The translations under genes and the position numbers were made by a program. Of a DNA stretch of 64,000 bases, positions 46,664-55,360 are shown piece by piece; position 1 is the stretch's first letter; every line of letters starts with the position of its first letter. The stretch lies in IMG/VR virus record IMGVR_UViG_3300035182_002389, positions 64,001 through 128,000 of that record. The stretch is one strand, 5' to 3'. The notes under the pieces were generated by a model that ran no database searches, had not been told where the DNA came from, and was given only the letters and a program-made list of their open reading frames with translations. This DNA comes from a virus (Duplodnaviria; Caudoviricetes).

Positions 46664-47236
46664 TCAGCCCTGTGCGGTGTTGGAGGCCCAGAGGACTTCC
46701 TGCGACGGACCGTAGACGACGAGGTTGCCGTCGTCCTGCATCGCGAGGAGCGCGCCGGGATGGCCGTCTGTCCCGGTTGCCCAAAGGGCGGCTCCCGCGT
46801 CGTTGTAGACGACCGCATTGCCGTCCTCTTGCATGATGAGGAACGACTTTCCGTCGCTCCGCGTGTCCGAACTCCACAGCGCCGCGCTGCCTGCGTAGAG
46901 CACGAGGTTGCCGTCCGACTGCATCGTCAGGTGGTAGGCCCCGTTGCAGGAGGCCATGGTGCTGCCGTTGTTCACCCTTTGCATCGCCGAGATGTGCGCG
47001 CCGCCGCCCGTGCAGTACGGGTTCGTCGGCACGCCCGGCACGGGACCGGCCGGCGCAGGGGCCGGCGCAGGGGCCGGCGCAGGGGCCGGCGCGGGAGCCG
47101 GCGCAGGGGCGCTGAGCACAATCCTCTTCGTGATCGAGGGCATGGCCACGAGCGCGGGCTTCTTGTTCTTCGAGTGCAGGTAGTACCCGACGACCGCGAG
47201 CGCCACGCCACCGCCGACGAGGTAGGAGGTCTTCAT
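46664..47236 (-). CDS. membrane-anchored bulb-type (mannose-binding B-lectin) domain protein
   Basis: three QxDxNxVxY motifs (QSDGNLVLY, QEDGNAVVY, QDDGNLVVY); TM plus (PA)n linker. Confidence 0.9.
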   Translation of the reverse strand: MKTSYLVGGGVALAVVGYYLHSKNKKPALVAMPSITKRIVLSAPAPAPAPAPAPAPAPAPAPAGPVPGVPTNPYCTGGGAHISAMQRVNNGSTMASCNGAYHLTMQSDGNLVLYAGSAALWSSDTRSDGKSFLIMQEDGNAVVYNDAGAALWATGTDGHPGALLAMQDDGNLVVYGPSQEVLWASNTAQG

Positions 47237-47268
47237 GGTCGCCATCGTACCACGGCGATCGCCCGCAT

Positions 47269-47283
47269 GACTTGTCGCAAGCC
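47269..47283. promoter_or_regulatory. dyad motif
   Basis: GACTTGTCGCAAGCC. Confidence 0.75.
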
Positions 47284-47335
47284 TGAGCGCGATTGAGCGT
47301 TTGACGTCATCCAAATCCGAATCCGAACCGCTGAA

Positions 47336-47459
47336 CGAGACGAGCGAGAGAGCGGGGGCTGCGCACCCCCACACCCCGCGCCACCTGCGGTGGGGCCACT
47401 GTTGGGGGCTCTGCCCCCAAACCCCCGCTGAGGGCGCTCTCGGCGCGCCCTCAGACTCC
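47336..47459 (+). repeat. dispersed repeat family A, copy 4
   Basis: GA-rich leader plus the four-hairpin element. Confidence 0.9.
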
Positions 47460-47481
47460 TGCCGTGATACCCTACCCTTCA

Positions 47482-48060
47482 ATGGCCAAGCGGGCGATCC
47501 TCCCCTACGTGCTCGGCGGAGCGGCGCTCCTCGGCGTCATCGTTCTTGCACGCCGAAGCAGCGCCCAGGCGCTCGCCCCAAGTCCGAGCGTGCGCACGTG
47601 GCCCGTGGTCCCCAACCGGGGCACCATCAGCGGGTTTGGGGCTCCGCGCCCTGCGGGAAAGTACCCCGCGCGCTACCACGCCGCCGTGGACGTCGGCGCG
47701 CAGGACGGGGACAAGGTCGTCGCGATCGACGACGGCGAAGTGCTCAAGCTCGTCACGGGCTACCAGATTGGCGCAGGCCTTCAAGCGGTCGCCATCCGTC
47801 ACCCCGACGCCGACTACATCTACGCCGAGATCCAGGTGACGGCGGTGCCCGGCCAGCGTGTCAAGGCGGGCGACGTCATCGGCGTCGTGCGCCAGAACGA
47901 CTCTGGTCCGGGGCACCAGATGCTTCACCTCGAAGCGTGGCAGACCGGGATGGTGCCGGACGCTTTCAAACCGTGGTACGTGGGCCAGGCCGCGCCGCCG
48001 GGCCTGCTCGACGTAGGCAAGATTCTCGCGCCCCTCGCGAACACGGGAGTGAAGCCGTGA
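47482..48060 (+). CDS. M23 family metallopeptidase with N-terminal TM
   Basis: YHAAVD (HxxxD), GQRVKAGDVIG, MLHLE. Confidence 0.88.
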   Translation: MAKRAILPYVLGGAALLGVIVLARRSSAQALAPSPSVRTWPVVPNRGTISGFGAPRPAGKYPARYHAAVDVGAQDGDKVVAIDDGEVLKLVTGYQIGAGLQAVAIRHPDADYIYAEIQVTAVPGQRVKAGDVIGVVRQNDSGPGHQMLHLEAWQTGMVPDAFKPWYVGQAAPPGLLDVGKILAPLANTGVKP

Positions 48061-48088
48061 CCTTCATCCGAGCTGTTGAGAAGATCGC

Positions 48089-48199
48089 TCGGGGGGTTGC
48101 GCACCCCCCGAACCCCCGCGCCACCTGCGGTGGGACTTTTGTTGGGGCTCTGCCCCAAACCCTGCTGAGGGGCGCTTCCAGCGCGCCCCTCAGACTCCC
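48089..48199 (+). repeat. dispersed repeat family A, copy 5
   Basis: four-hairpin element with compensatory variation. Confidence 0.9.
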
Positions 48200-48217
48200 T
48201 GCCGCGGGAGTGAAGCC

Positions 48218-48997
48218 GTGAGCCGCTCTCTTTCCGTCAAGGCCTCGCGCTGGTCAACCACGGAGATCGCCATGGCGGTCGGCGGAGGACTCCTTGCTGT
48301 CGCGGCTTTTGCGATCGCGAAGAAGACCTTCGAGCAACGCCCCCTCGCGGTCGGCAACTACTTCTTCCCGTTCCACGACGCCGAATACCTCAGCCCCGGG
48401 CAGAGTCTGGGTGGACAGGCCTTCGTCCCTCCCGGCGCGCGAGACAACGCCCGCCTCCTCGTCTACCTGCACGGCAACAACGACGGCGGCATGATGCACG
48501 GCGGGATGGGCGCGACCGACACGGCCTACGACCTTCGCAAGATCGTGCCTTCGGACACCATCGTCGCGGCGCCCAGCCAGACGCGAAACGCCTCGGGCGC
48601 GGGGCTCTGGGCGGGCTTCAACCTCGACGAGTTCGTTGCCGCGGTCGAGCGCGCGACAGGGGCCACGATCGACAAATCGCGCGTGATTCTCATGGGCCAC
48701 AGCGGCGCCGGATGCAGCTCGGTCGGCGGCCTCTTCGGCAAGCTCGGGGTCATCAAACCGCAGCTCGTCGCCGTCGTCGACGTCTGCGCGGGGCCCATGT
48801 ACGGAGAGGCATACGGCAGGCTCGCCGAACAAGTTCCCGTGCGCGTGTTCTACCAAACGCGCACGTGGTCGCGAGACTTCGCGGGCTTCCAAGCGGGCTT
48901 GAGGGGCCGCGCGACCTTCGAGGAGGTTCAGACCCCAGCCGGGCAGAGTCCCCACAGCGCCATCGTCCCCATCGTCGCGAAGATGGTGCTCACGTGA
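48218..48997 (+). CDS. membrane-anchored alpha/beta-hydrolase
   Basis: TM; LLVYLHGNN; nucleophile elbow GHSGAG; C-terminal His (PHSAI). Confidence 0.75.
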   Translation: MSRSLSVKASRWSTTEIAMAVGGGLLAVAAFAIAKKTFEQRPLAVGNYFFPFHDAEYLSPGQSLGGQAFVPPGARDNARLLVYLHGNNDGGMMHGGMGATDTAYDLRKIVPSDTIVAAPSQTRNASGAGLWAGFNLDEFVAAVERATGATIDKSRVILMGHSGAGCSSVGGLFGKLGVIKPQLVAVVDVCAGPMYGEAYGRLAEQVPVRVFYQTRTWSRDFAGFQAGLRGRATFEEVQTPAGQSPHSAIVPIVAKMVLT

Positions 48998-49005
48998 GTC
49001 TCCCC

Positions 49006-49158
49006 CTTCCCGTTCCCGTTCCCGTTCCCAGCGTGCCGAAGGCGCGCGTTCCCCCTTCCCGAATCCCGCGCCGAAGGCGCGTCTCGGTCCTGCGAGCCCC
49101 CACAAGACGAGATCGGGAACGCTCGCTGCGCGAGCTGGCAACGGGAACGGGGACGGAA
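49006..49158. repeat. dispersed repeat family B, copy 3
   Basis: (GTTCCC)n arm with GCC-GAA-GGC hairpins, then AGACGAGATCGGGAACGCTCGCtgcGCGAGC..GGGAACGGGGAC. Confidence 0.88.
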
Positions 49159-49160
49159 GC

Positions 49161-49511
49161 ATGAGAAAGCTCACCTTCTCGCACGACGACCCGTGGCCGG
49201 ACGGGCTCGTCGTGAAGTTCTACCTCGTGCCCTTTCCTTACCGCCGCAAGCCCGTCATCACCGTGCGCGAGGAGGCGGCAAGGCCGCAGCGCATCGCAGA
49301 CGTCCCCATGACTCTGCTCAACGCGTCACAGCGCGGCGTGACGGACACGGGGCTCGCCAAAGCCCACAAGGTGACCGCCCTTCCTCGCGCGTACGAGGAA
49401 GAGGACGGCCGCTACACCATTGCCGACGGCCACCACCGCGTCGTTGCCGCGTGGCTGCGCGGCGAAGATCAGGTCCGCATTCGCATCATCGGACTGCCTC
49501 GCAAGAAGTGA
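49161..49511 (+). CDS. ParB/Srx-like small protein
   Basis: GRYTIADGHHRVVAAWLRG. Confidence 0.7.
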   Translation: MRKLTFSHDDPWPDGLVVKFYLVPFPYRRKPVITVREEAARPQRIADVPMTLLNASQRGVTDTGLAKAHKVTALPRAYEEEDGRYTIADGHHRVVAAWLRGEDQVRIRIIGLPRKK

Positions 49512-49567
49512 GACGAGATCGGGAACAGGAACGCGCCTTCGGCGCTGGGAACGGGAACGGGAACGGG
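49511..49567 (+). repeat. dispersed repeat family B, copy 4
   Basis: GAGACGAGATCGGGAAC..GCGCCttcGGCGC-TGGGAACGGGAACGGGAACGGG. Confidence 0.88.
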
Positions 49568-49656
49568 CGAGACAAGACGAAAAGGACGGCCTGCGGCCGA
49601 GCACGGGCTTCGCCCGAGGACGCGCCTTCAGCGCGAGGACGGGCTTCGCCCGAGGG
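49568..49656 (+). repeat. dispersed repeat family C, copy 2 (fused to B copy 4)
   Basis: GACGAAAAGGAC-GGCCtgcGGCC-GAGCAC-GGGCttcGCCC-GAGGAC-GCGCCttcAGCGC-GAGGAC-GGGCttcGCCC. Confidence 0.88.
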
Positions 49657-49657
49657 T

Positions 49658-50230
49658 TCAATGATAGTCGTACTCGATGCCCTGTGCGCGCATCGCGCGA
49701 CGCAGGTCTTCGATGCCCATGCGACCGGCCGCGGCGAGATTCTTCTGGAGCCACGCGTAAAAGCGCTCGGCGTCCTTCTTCTTGACGGCGTAGTAGAGGG
49801 TGTCCTGGTAGAGACTCGTGCCGCCTTGCAGAAGCGAGCTTCGATCGAGCGGCCAGCTTGACCGGATCGAGAAGCGGTGCGGGGTCGCGTCGATCGAGAT
49901 GCGGTCGCCGTTGTCGAGCTTGTGGCTCAGGTGAATCGCGGTCGACATCGGCTCGACGTCGATCGCACGAAGCTCGCGCTCCTCGACGTGGAACCCGTAG
50001 CGGTGCGCGAGAGCTTGGGCGTACGAGCGAGCGTGCGCGTACGTCGGCGCTTGCAGCAGGATGTCGCCGAGACGGTCGAGCGCCGACCCCTTCTCCGACG
50101 ACGCGGTGAGCTGCAAGATCCGCTTGCCGCGCTTGCCTGCGAGGGCCGTGTCGGTGACGACCAGCGAGTTCGCATAGCGATGGACACGCAGCGTGCCCAC
50201 GTGTGCGGTACGACCGATTTCGATGGGCAT
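49658..50230 (-). CDS. hypothetical phage protein
   Basis: LRVHRYANSLVVTD...AGKRGKR; 190-aa coding-like ORF. Confidence 0.65.
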   Translation of the reverse strand: MPIEIGRTAHVGTLRVHRYANSLVVTDTALAGKRGKRILQLTASSEKGSALDRLGDILLQAPTYAHARSYAQALAHRYGFHVEERELRAIDVEPMSTAIHLSHKLDNGDRISIDATPHRFSIRSSWPLDRSSLLQGGTSLYQDTLYYAVKKKDAERFYAWLQKNLAAAGRMGIEDLRRAMRAQGIEYDYH

Positions 50231-50239
50231 GGGGTCCTG

Positions 50240-51535
50240 TTAGATCCTGACCGGCACGAGAGCCTTGTCGGAGGGAAGCAGTGCGAGGCGCATGCCGGGC
50301 ATCTTCCCGGTCGCGACCACGTCACCATTCACGAACGTGAGGGTCTGCCCGACAACGGGAACGGGCTGCCCTGCTGCCACGGCCGCACGAAGGTCCTGGA
50401 GCAGCGCGTCCGAGATGGCCAGCGATCGGCCGCCGTCGAGCGCCGAGGCGATCTTCCCCGCGTTGAGCTGCGGGGTCTGCTGGATCAGAGGCGCGCTGCC
50501 CGTGAAGGCCCGTCCGCGCACACCGGCCGTCGCCGCGACCGGCAGGACGTTCACGCCGATGTCATAGGGAGCGCTCGGATCGACGCCCTGCACGTCGTGG
50601 AGATCGAGGAGCACGTTCAGGCTCACCAGCGCGTCGATGAGCGCCTTCTTCTCGGCGTCGGACAGCTCCGAAGCAAGAACGGTCATCGACACGGGGGGAG
50701 GCGTGTCGAGAGGAATGGGCGTCATGCCGCCGCCCGGCCCGACTCCACCCGGCCCGACAGGCGGCCTCCCAAGCCCCGGCGGCGCGGACGGCACCGGAGG
50801 CGGCGGGGGAGGCGTCGGGTTGAACGCGGGGCCCGCGCCCTTGAGCACGCTTGCGGCCTCGTTCGGGCGCAGAAAGAGCAGATCGGTCGGATCCGTCGAC
50901 GTCGGCGTCGAGGAGGTCCTGATCGTTTTCCCGTCCGCGCTCACGAACACGTACAGGCCGGGGAACGCGGGAACACTCGGCGAAGGCTTCGGGCACTGGT
51001 CAGGAGGCGTGCCCATCAGGCAGGGCGACGACGTGCTCGTCGGAATCTCTGCGCGCGGCGTGTTCGCGCTCTGGATCCAGACGAGAATCGAGTCGCTCGC
51101 ATCGGGCGCCTGCATCGCGTACGTCCGCGCCAGCGGCTGATAGCCGGGAGGAGGGGCCATCCCCATTCCCGGGGAGTAGACGGCCTTGGAAATCTGCACG
51201 GGAAGCAGCGCAAGCGGGACGCTGTTCGGCGTCTCGATGGCCCCTCTCCGGTTCGTCGCGAACGCGTTGTAGTCGCTGCCGACACCGGGAGGAGGCGGCA
51301 GGACGGGCGCGATCGAGGTCGCCTTCGAGAGCGCCTTCCACATGCCGACCTTCTCGTCGGCCGTCAGCTCGCCCGTCGCGGTCGAGGGACCGAGATTCGC
51401 GCCGCCCGGAGCCAGCACGTTGCGCATGCCTTGGGCGCCCGCTCCGCCCGACGAGGGCTGGCCCGCGTACCACTTGTAGAGCAGCACGCCGCCGACGGCA
51501 GCACCACCGAGCATCAGGAGCGAGCTTGCCTTCAT
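50240..51535 (-). CDS. N-terminally membrane-anchored Pro-rich protein
   Basis: LLMLGGAAVGGVLLYKWY; Pro-rich body. Confidence 0.75.
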   Translation of the reverse strand: MKASSLLMLGGAAVGGVLLYKWYAGQPSSGGAGAQGMRNVLAPGGANLGPSTATGELTADEKVGMWKALSKATSIAPVLPPPPGVGSDYNAFATNRRGAIETPNSVPLALLPVQISKAVYSPGMGMAPPPGYQPLARTYAMQAPDASDSILVWIQSANTPRAEIPTSTSSPCLMGTPPDQCPKPSPSVPAFPGLYVFVSADGKTIRTSSTPTSTDPTDLLFLRPNEAASVLKGAGPAFNPTPPPPPPVPSAPPGLGRPPVGPGGVGPGGGMTPIPLDTPPPVSMTVLASELSDAEKKALIDALVSLNVLLDLHDVQGVDPSAPYDIGVNVLPVAATAGVRGRAFTGSAPLIQQTPQLNAGKIASALDGGRSLAISDALLQDLRAAVAAGQPVPVVGQTLTFVNGDVVATGKMPGMRLALLPSDKALVPVRI

Positions 51536-51559
51536 GGCGTCGAGCGTATTCTTCCGTTC

Positions 51560-51574
51560 GGCTTGCGACAAGTC
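51560..51574. promoter_or_regulatory. dyad motif
   Basis: GGCTTGCGACAAGTC between divergent genes. Confidence 0.75.
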
Positions 51575-51600
51575 GATAAGGCTCGTGATACGATCCCGGG

Positions 51601-52125
51601 ATGGCGAACACCGGGCTCATCGTCGGCGGCGTCGGCATCGCAGCGCTCGCTGCCTACGCGGCATTCGGCAAAGAGAAGCCGCGATTTGCCGACGAGCCGA
51701 TGCCGCGGCCGGGACCGCGATCTACGGGGCCGACCTCCATGCGCTTGGGCCCGTCCTCGATGCGCTCCAGCGTCGTCCAAGGCGCGCCGCGGCCTCAGCC
51801 GGCCCCCTCCGTCGAGACGCGCGAGCCGGCGTCGGGGAGGCCTACGACCCACAAGCGAGCGTTCCAGATCGGACCCTATCAGGTGTCGATTCAGGACGGC
51901 CCCTACCACTACGCTTCTCCGGGCGAAACCGTCGAGATCGGCATCTTCCTGCGAGGGTCGCTCATCAACCCGAAGCGCATCGGCCTGCACAAGTACGCGA
52001 AGTTCTGGGAGAAGGGCAACAACCCCGTGGGCGTCCACGTGCCCATCGCCGCCGCCAACCAGCTCCTTCGCGACATCGAGCGGCATGCCGGTTACAAGGC
52101 TCAGCCCCTGAAGAGGAAATCGTGA
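51601..52125 (+). CDS. N-terminally membrane-anchored protein
   Basis: LIVGGVGIAALAAYAAFGKEK; dyad plus TACGAT 6 nt before the ATG. Confidence 0.7.
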   Translation: MANTGLIVGGVGIAALAAYAAFGKEKPRFADEPMPRPGPRSTGPTSMRLGPSSMRSSVVQGAPRPQPAPSVETREPASGRPTTHKRAFQIGPYQVSIQDGPYHYASPGETVEIGIFLRGSLINPKRIGLHKYAKFWEKGNNPVGVHVPIAAANQLLRDIERHAGYKAQPLKRKS

Positions 52126-52754
52126 CGCCTTCCGCGCTCTCGCTGTGGCCGTGGAAGGGGCAAGAGCGATACTGGCCCTCCGTCGCGGGGTTTCATCTCG
52201 AAGCGCGCGGGTACGGCAAGTACGGCGACGCGAGCGCCGTCGAGTACCGCTACGAGGGGCGCGGCAAGCAGTTCGCGAACCTCGTCGTCACGTTCAGCGC
52301 GCACCGCCACGAAGCGACGGACGGCAAGGCGCCGATCGCGTGGAAGGCAGAATCCTACGGGCCGAAGATCGACGGCACCGTCGCGACGCTCGAAGAGATC
52401 CCGAGGAAGCTCGCCGCGCTCGCGCGATGGGCGCTTCAACGCAAGCACGCCGCGAACGCGTACTTCGCCAAAGCTCTGCCGAGCAGCACGCACTGGAACG
52501 TGAACCACGACGTCGAGTTCTTCGGCGCGACGTACAAGAACCCGCACAGCGACGCGTACATGTCCGTCACCTTCGACGATCCCGCGAGCTTGCTCCTCGG
52601 GCAAAGGGACACGGCCCACATCCGATTCGCGCGCGGCAGCGACTATCAGGGGGCGTACGGGACGAGCCAACACATCGTCACCTACGGCACCCTCGACGAG
52701 ATGCGTGGCGTGCTGAAGATCGCCGAGACGCACTGGAAGGCGTGGAACCGATGA
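52122..52754 (+). CDS. hypothetical protein
   Basis: GTGA coupling; aromatic-rich beta protein. Confidence 0.6.
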   Translation: MTPSALSLWPWKGQERYWPSVAGFHLEARGYGKYGDASAVEYRYEGRGKQFANLVVTFSAHRHEATDGKAPIAWKAESYGPKIDGTVATLEEIPRKLAALARWALQRKHAANAYFAKALPSSTHWNVNHDVEFFGATYKNPHSDAYMSVTFDDPASLLLGQRDTAHIRFARGSDYQGAYGTSQHIVTYGTLDEMRGVLKIAETHWKAWNR

Positions 52755-53377
52755 CCAACCACAAAGAAGCGCTCGCCAACCTCGAATCTCGCGAGGCGAA
52801 GGTCGCGTACGCGATCAAACACAAGCTGCGCGTGTCGGTCCGTCCCACCCGAGATCGGCACAGGTTCGTCTTTCGCATCGTCACGCCCGATCGCCAGGTG
52901 CTCGACACGTTCGACTGCTCTCGGGCGAACTACGCGCGCATCTCCCGAGCCGGCGCGGACATGGACAAAATCAGCAACGAGCCCGTTCGTCGGTGGCGGC
53001 TCTACGAGACCGCCTCGGGCAACTCTCCCGTGCGCGACTACCTCCTCACGCTCACCGAAGACGAGCAGAGCCGCGTCCGCGCGAAGATGCACATCATCAA
53101 GACCCAGGGCCTCTCGAAAGCCATTCGCATGGCCGCAGAAAAGAGCGACCTCTACGAGATCCATGCCGACGCGAGCAATCGAGCCCTGCGGCTCATCTTC
53201 GCTCCCGAAGGCAAGCGGGGCCACGTTCTGCTCGGCCTCAACGCTTTTGAGAAGCGGTCGCAGAAGACGCCGCGCAGTGCCATCGACACCGCTCTCGCCC
53301 GCCTCGCCGACTGGCGCGAACGACACGAGAAGAGGCGCAGGACAAGCTCGCTCGGGCGCGTCTCTGCCCGGCGGTAG
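52751..53377 (+). CDS. RelE/HigB (phage Gp49/DUF891-like) toxin domain with N-terminal extension
   Basis: WRLYETASGNSPVRDYL...LYEI...RLIF...LNAFEKRSQKTPRSAIDTALAR. Confidence 0.85.
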   Translation: MTNHKEALANLESREAKVAYAIKHKLRVSVRPTRDRHRFVFRIVTPDRQVLDTFDCSRANYARISRAGADMDKISNEPVRRWRLYETASGNSPVRDYLLTLTEDEQSRVRAKMHIIKTQGLSKAIRMAAEKSDLYEIHADASNRALRLIFAPEGKRGHVLLGLNAFEKRSQKTPRSAIDTALARLADWRERHEKRRRTSSLGRVSARR

Positions 53378-53381
53378 GTCC

Positions 53382-53906
53382 ATGACCATTCGCTTCACCG
53401 TCGACAAGAAGAGGAAGATCGTCCGCGCTGTCTTCGCCAAAGAGAGCGAGCCGCCGACGTATGCACTCGCCTTCTTCTACAAGATCCGCCGCGCCGATCC
53501 CTACCTCGGCATGGGCGTGCGACTGCTCGTGAAGGGAGAGAGGGGTCGCATGGGGGCTATGATCCTTTCTCTCACCACGCCTGCGCCCGGGGAAATGTCC
53601 ACCGCGTGTGAGAAGGACTACCGCGCGCTGAGGCCCGCGCTCTTTCAGGCGCGCACTCCCCTCTACCGCGTTCGGTCCTCGGACGTGCGCTCGCCCTACC
53701 AAGGCTCCGGTTTTGGCGTCCTCATGTACGCCGCGGCCATCGTTCTCGCCGACCTCCAGGGCACCGGCATCGCCGCCGACGAATGCTACATGGAAAAGGG
53801 CTACGAGGGCATCACGAGCGAAGCCGCACGCCGCGTCTGGGACTCGCGACGGCTCGCGAAGATCGCCAACGTGCGCGGCAGCGTCGCGTTCCTTCGACGC
53901 TCCTAG
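53382..53906 (+). CDS. GNAT-like protein (paralog family)
   Basis: SDVRSPYQGSGFGVLMYAAA...ADEC...TSEAARRVWDSRRL. Confidence 0.65.
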   Translation: MTIRFTVDKKRKIVRAVFAKESEPPTYALAFFYKIRRADPYLGMGVRLLVKGERGRMGAMILSLTTPAPGEMSTACEKDYRALRPALFQARTPLYRVRSSDVRSPYQGSGFGVLMYAAAIVLADLQGTGIAADECYMEKGYEGITSEAARRVWDSRRLAKIANVRGSVAFLRRS

Positions 53907-54268
53907 CGCCTCGGCCGCTTGAGATCGACGATTTCGAGCACCTTGATGCGATTCGGATCGAACATGATCCAGTTGTCGTCGAGGTGCACGCTGTCGTAGC
54001 CGAGCTGCGTGAGCTGATCGAGCAGGTATCGATCGTACTCTTTCCAGCCCGCGGTCTTCTGCGCCCGGAGCACGACCTTCATCAGATAGTTGAGACTGCC
54101 TGCGCCGCTCTCGCCGCGCAGGATCACGTCCTTGTCCTCGCTGAACCAGAAGATCCCGCCCATCGCGGAGAAGCTCCGCTGAAAGCGTCGAATGGGGTGC
54201 GAGCCGCCATGATAGGCGATAACCGTTCGCTCGGGCGCGAGGCTCGTTCCGAGGGAGGCCTTGCTCAT
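53903..54268 (-). CDS. ART-fold-like small protein
   Basis: VIAYHGG...GGIFWFSED...GYDSV. Confidence 0.55.
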   Translation of the reverse strand: MSKASLGTSLAPERTVIAYHGGSHPIRRFQRSFSAMGGIFWFSEDKDVILRGESGAGSLNYLMKVVLRAQKTAGWKEYDRYLLDQLTQLGYDSVHLDDNWIMFDPNRIKVLEIVDLKRPRR

Positions 54269-55350
54269 CGACCGGACCCCGGCAGAGGACGGCGCTTCCA
54301 ACCCTTCACGCGGGCGGCGTCTTCGGCGATCTCCTTCTGGATCGTCTCGATGCTGCGGTCGATCTTGCGCATCCGAGAGCCCCACTCGCCGTCGTAGCGC
54401 CGGTCCGAAGGTGTGATGACCTCCTTCTGGCCGCGGTAGTTCTCGATGGTCAGAGAGGGCTTCAGGCGCAGCTCGGCGCGGTTCTCTTGCATCCGCGCCT
54501 CGGTCGGCCGAAGGACCTTCGCGATGTACTCGATCGTGCCTTGCGGGCTCAGCTCAAAAGGCGGGCAGTGAAAACCGAAGCAGGGGCCCGTGTGCCACGA
54601 CATTCCCTGCGCGCCCTTGTAGCGCGTGCCGCTCACGCTCCACCCGTGGCGCATCATCATGCGCTCGTGGAGCTTCACGTTGCTGAAGCACGCGGGGCAA
54701 GTGCCGGTGTCTTCGAGCGAGCGCGCGCTCACGGGACGAAGGGCCGCAGCGACCGACTCTGCCCCAAGCTTCGTGATGGCTTCCGCAGCCTTTGCCTTCA
54801 ACCCGCTCTTGTACGCGAAGGTCCAGAACCTATCGGAGCCCGTTTCGGTGAGCGGCTCGACGCGGCCCGTGTAACTCAGCTTCGGCGTGAAGACGACGTC
54901 TCCCGATTCGGTGCGCACTCGATACCCGGGCATCCCGCGCCACACCTCGCGCAGCTCGACGCCGTGCCTGCCGCCCACGTACGGCCCGATACCTCGCGTC
55001 GCCATCTGCCCCGCGCCGAGCGCGATGGGAGGGCCCTTGCTGCTCCACGAGAGGAGGGTCTGCCGAAGGATCGTGACGAGGGTCGCGGCCTGCTCGCGCG
55101 TGCCGACCAGCGCGATGATCGGGTCCTTGCCGCCGAGGCCGACGAAATCCGCGGCAATGCCCGCGTGCGCGGCGACGGGTTTGAGGAACGCGCCCGCCTT
55201 CTCCCCGTCGAGCGACGCGGGCACGACCTCTTGCCCGATCGCCCAGCCGAGCAAGGGAAGCGCCTCGGCCAAGGCGGCGGGATCGAACCCGCCCTTGATC
55301 CCTTTGGCCGCTTTCGTGAGAAAAGCGAGCGCGTTCTTCGAGAGCGTCAT
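54265..55350 (-). CDS. hypothetical protein with Zn-binding module
   Basis: GTCPAC...RHGW...HTGPCFG. Confidence 0.65.
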   Translation of the reverse strand: MTLSKNALAFLTKAAKGIKGGFDPAALAEALPLLGWAIGQEVVPASLDGEKAGAFLKPVAAHAGIAADFVGLGGKDPIIALVGTREQAATLVTILRQTLLSWSSKGPPIALGAGQMATRGIGPYVGGRHGVELREVWRGMPGYRVRTESGDVVFTPKLSYTGRVEPLTETGSDRFWTFAYKSGLKAKAAEAITKLGAESVAAALRPVSARSLEDTGTCPACFSNVKLHERMMMRHGWSVSGTRYKGAQGMSWHTGPCFGFHCPPFELSPQGTIEYIAKVLRPTEARMQENRAELRLKPSLTIENYRGQKEVITPSDRRYDGEWGSRMRKIDRSIETIQKEIAEDAARVKGWKRRPLPGSGR

Positions 55351-55360
55351 GGCGGGTCTT

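Noticed and set aside
47041-47110. GGCGCAGGGGCC tandem as a DNA-level repeat element
   Set aside because: It simply encodes the (PA)n linker of the lectin; the same applies to the KKPAK repeats at 63220-63400 and the PAAPST repeats at 46160-46240.
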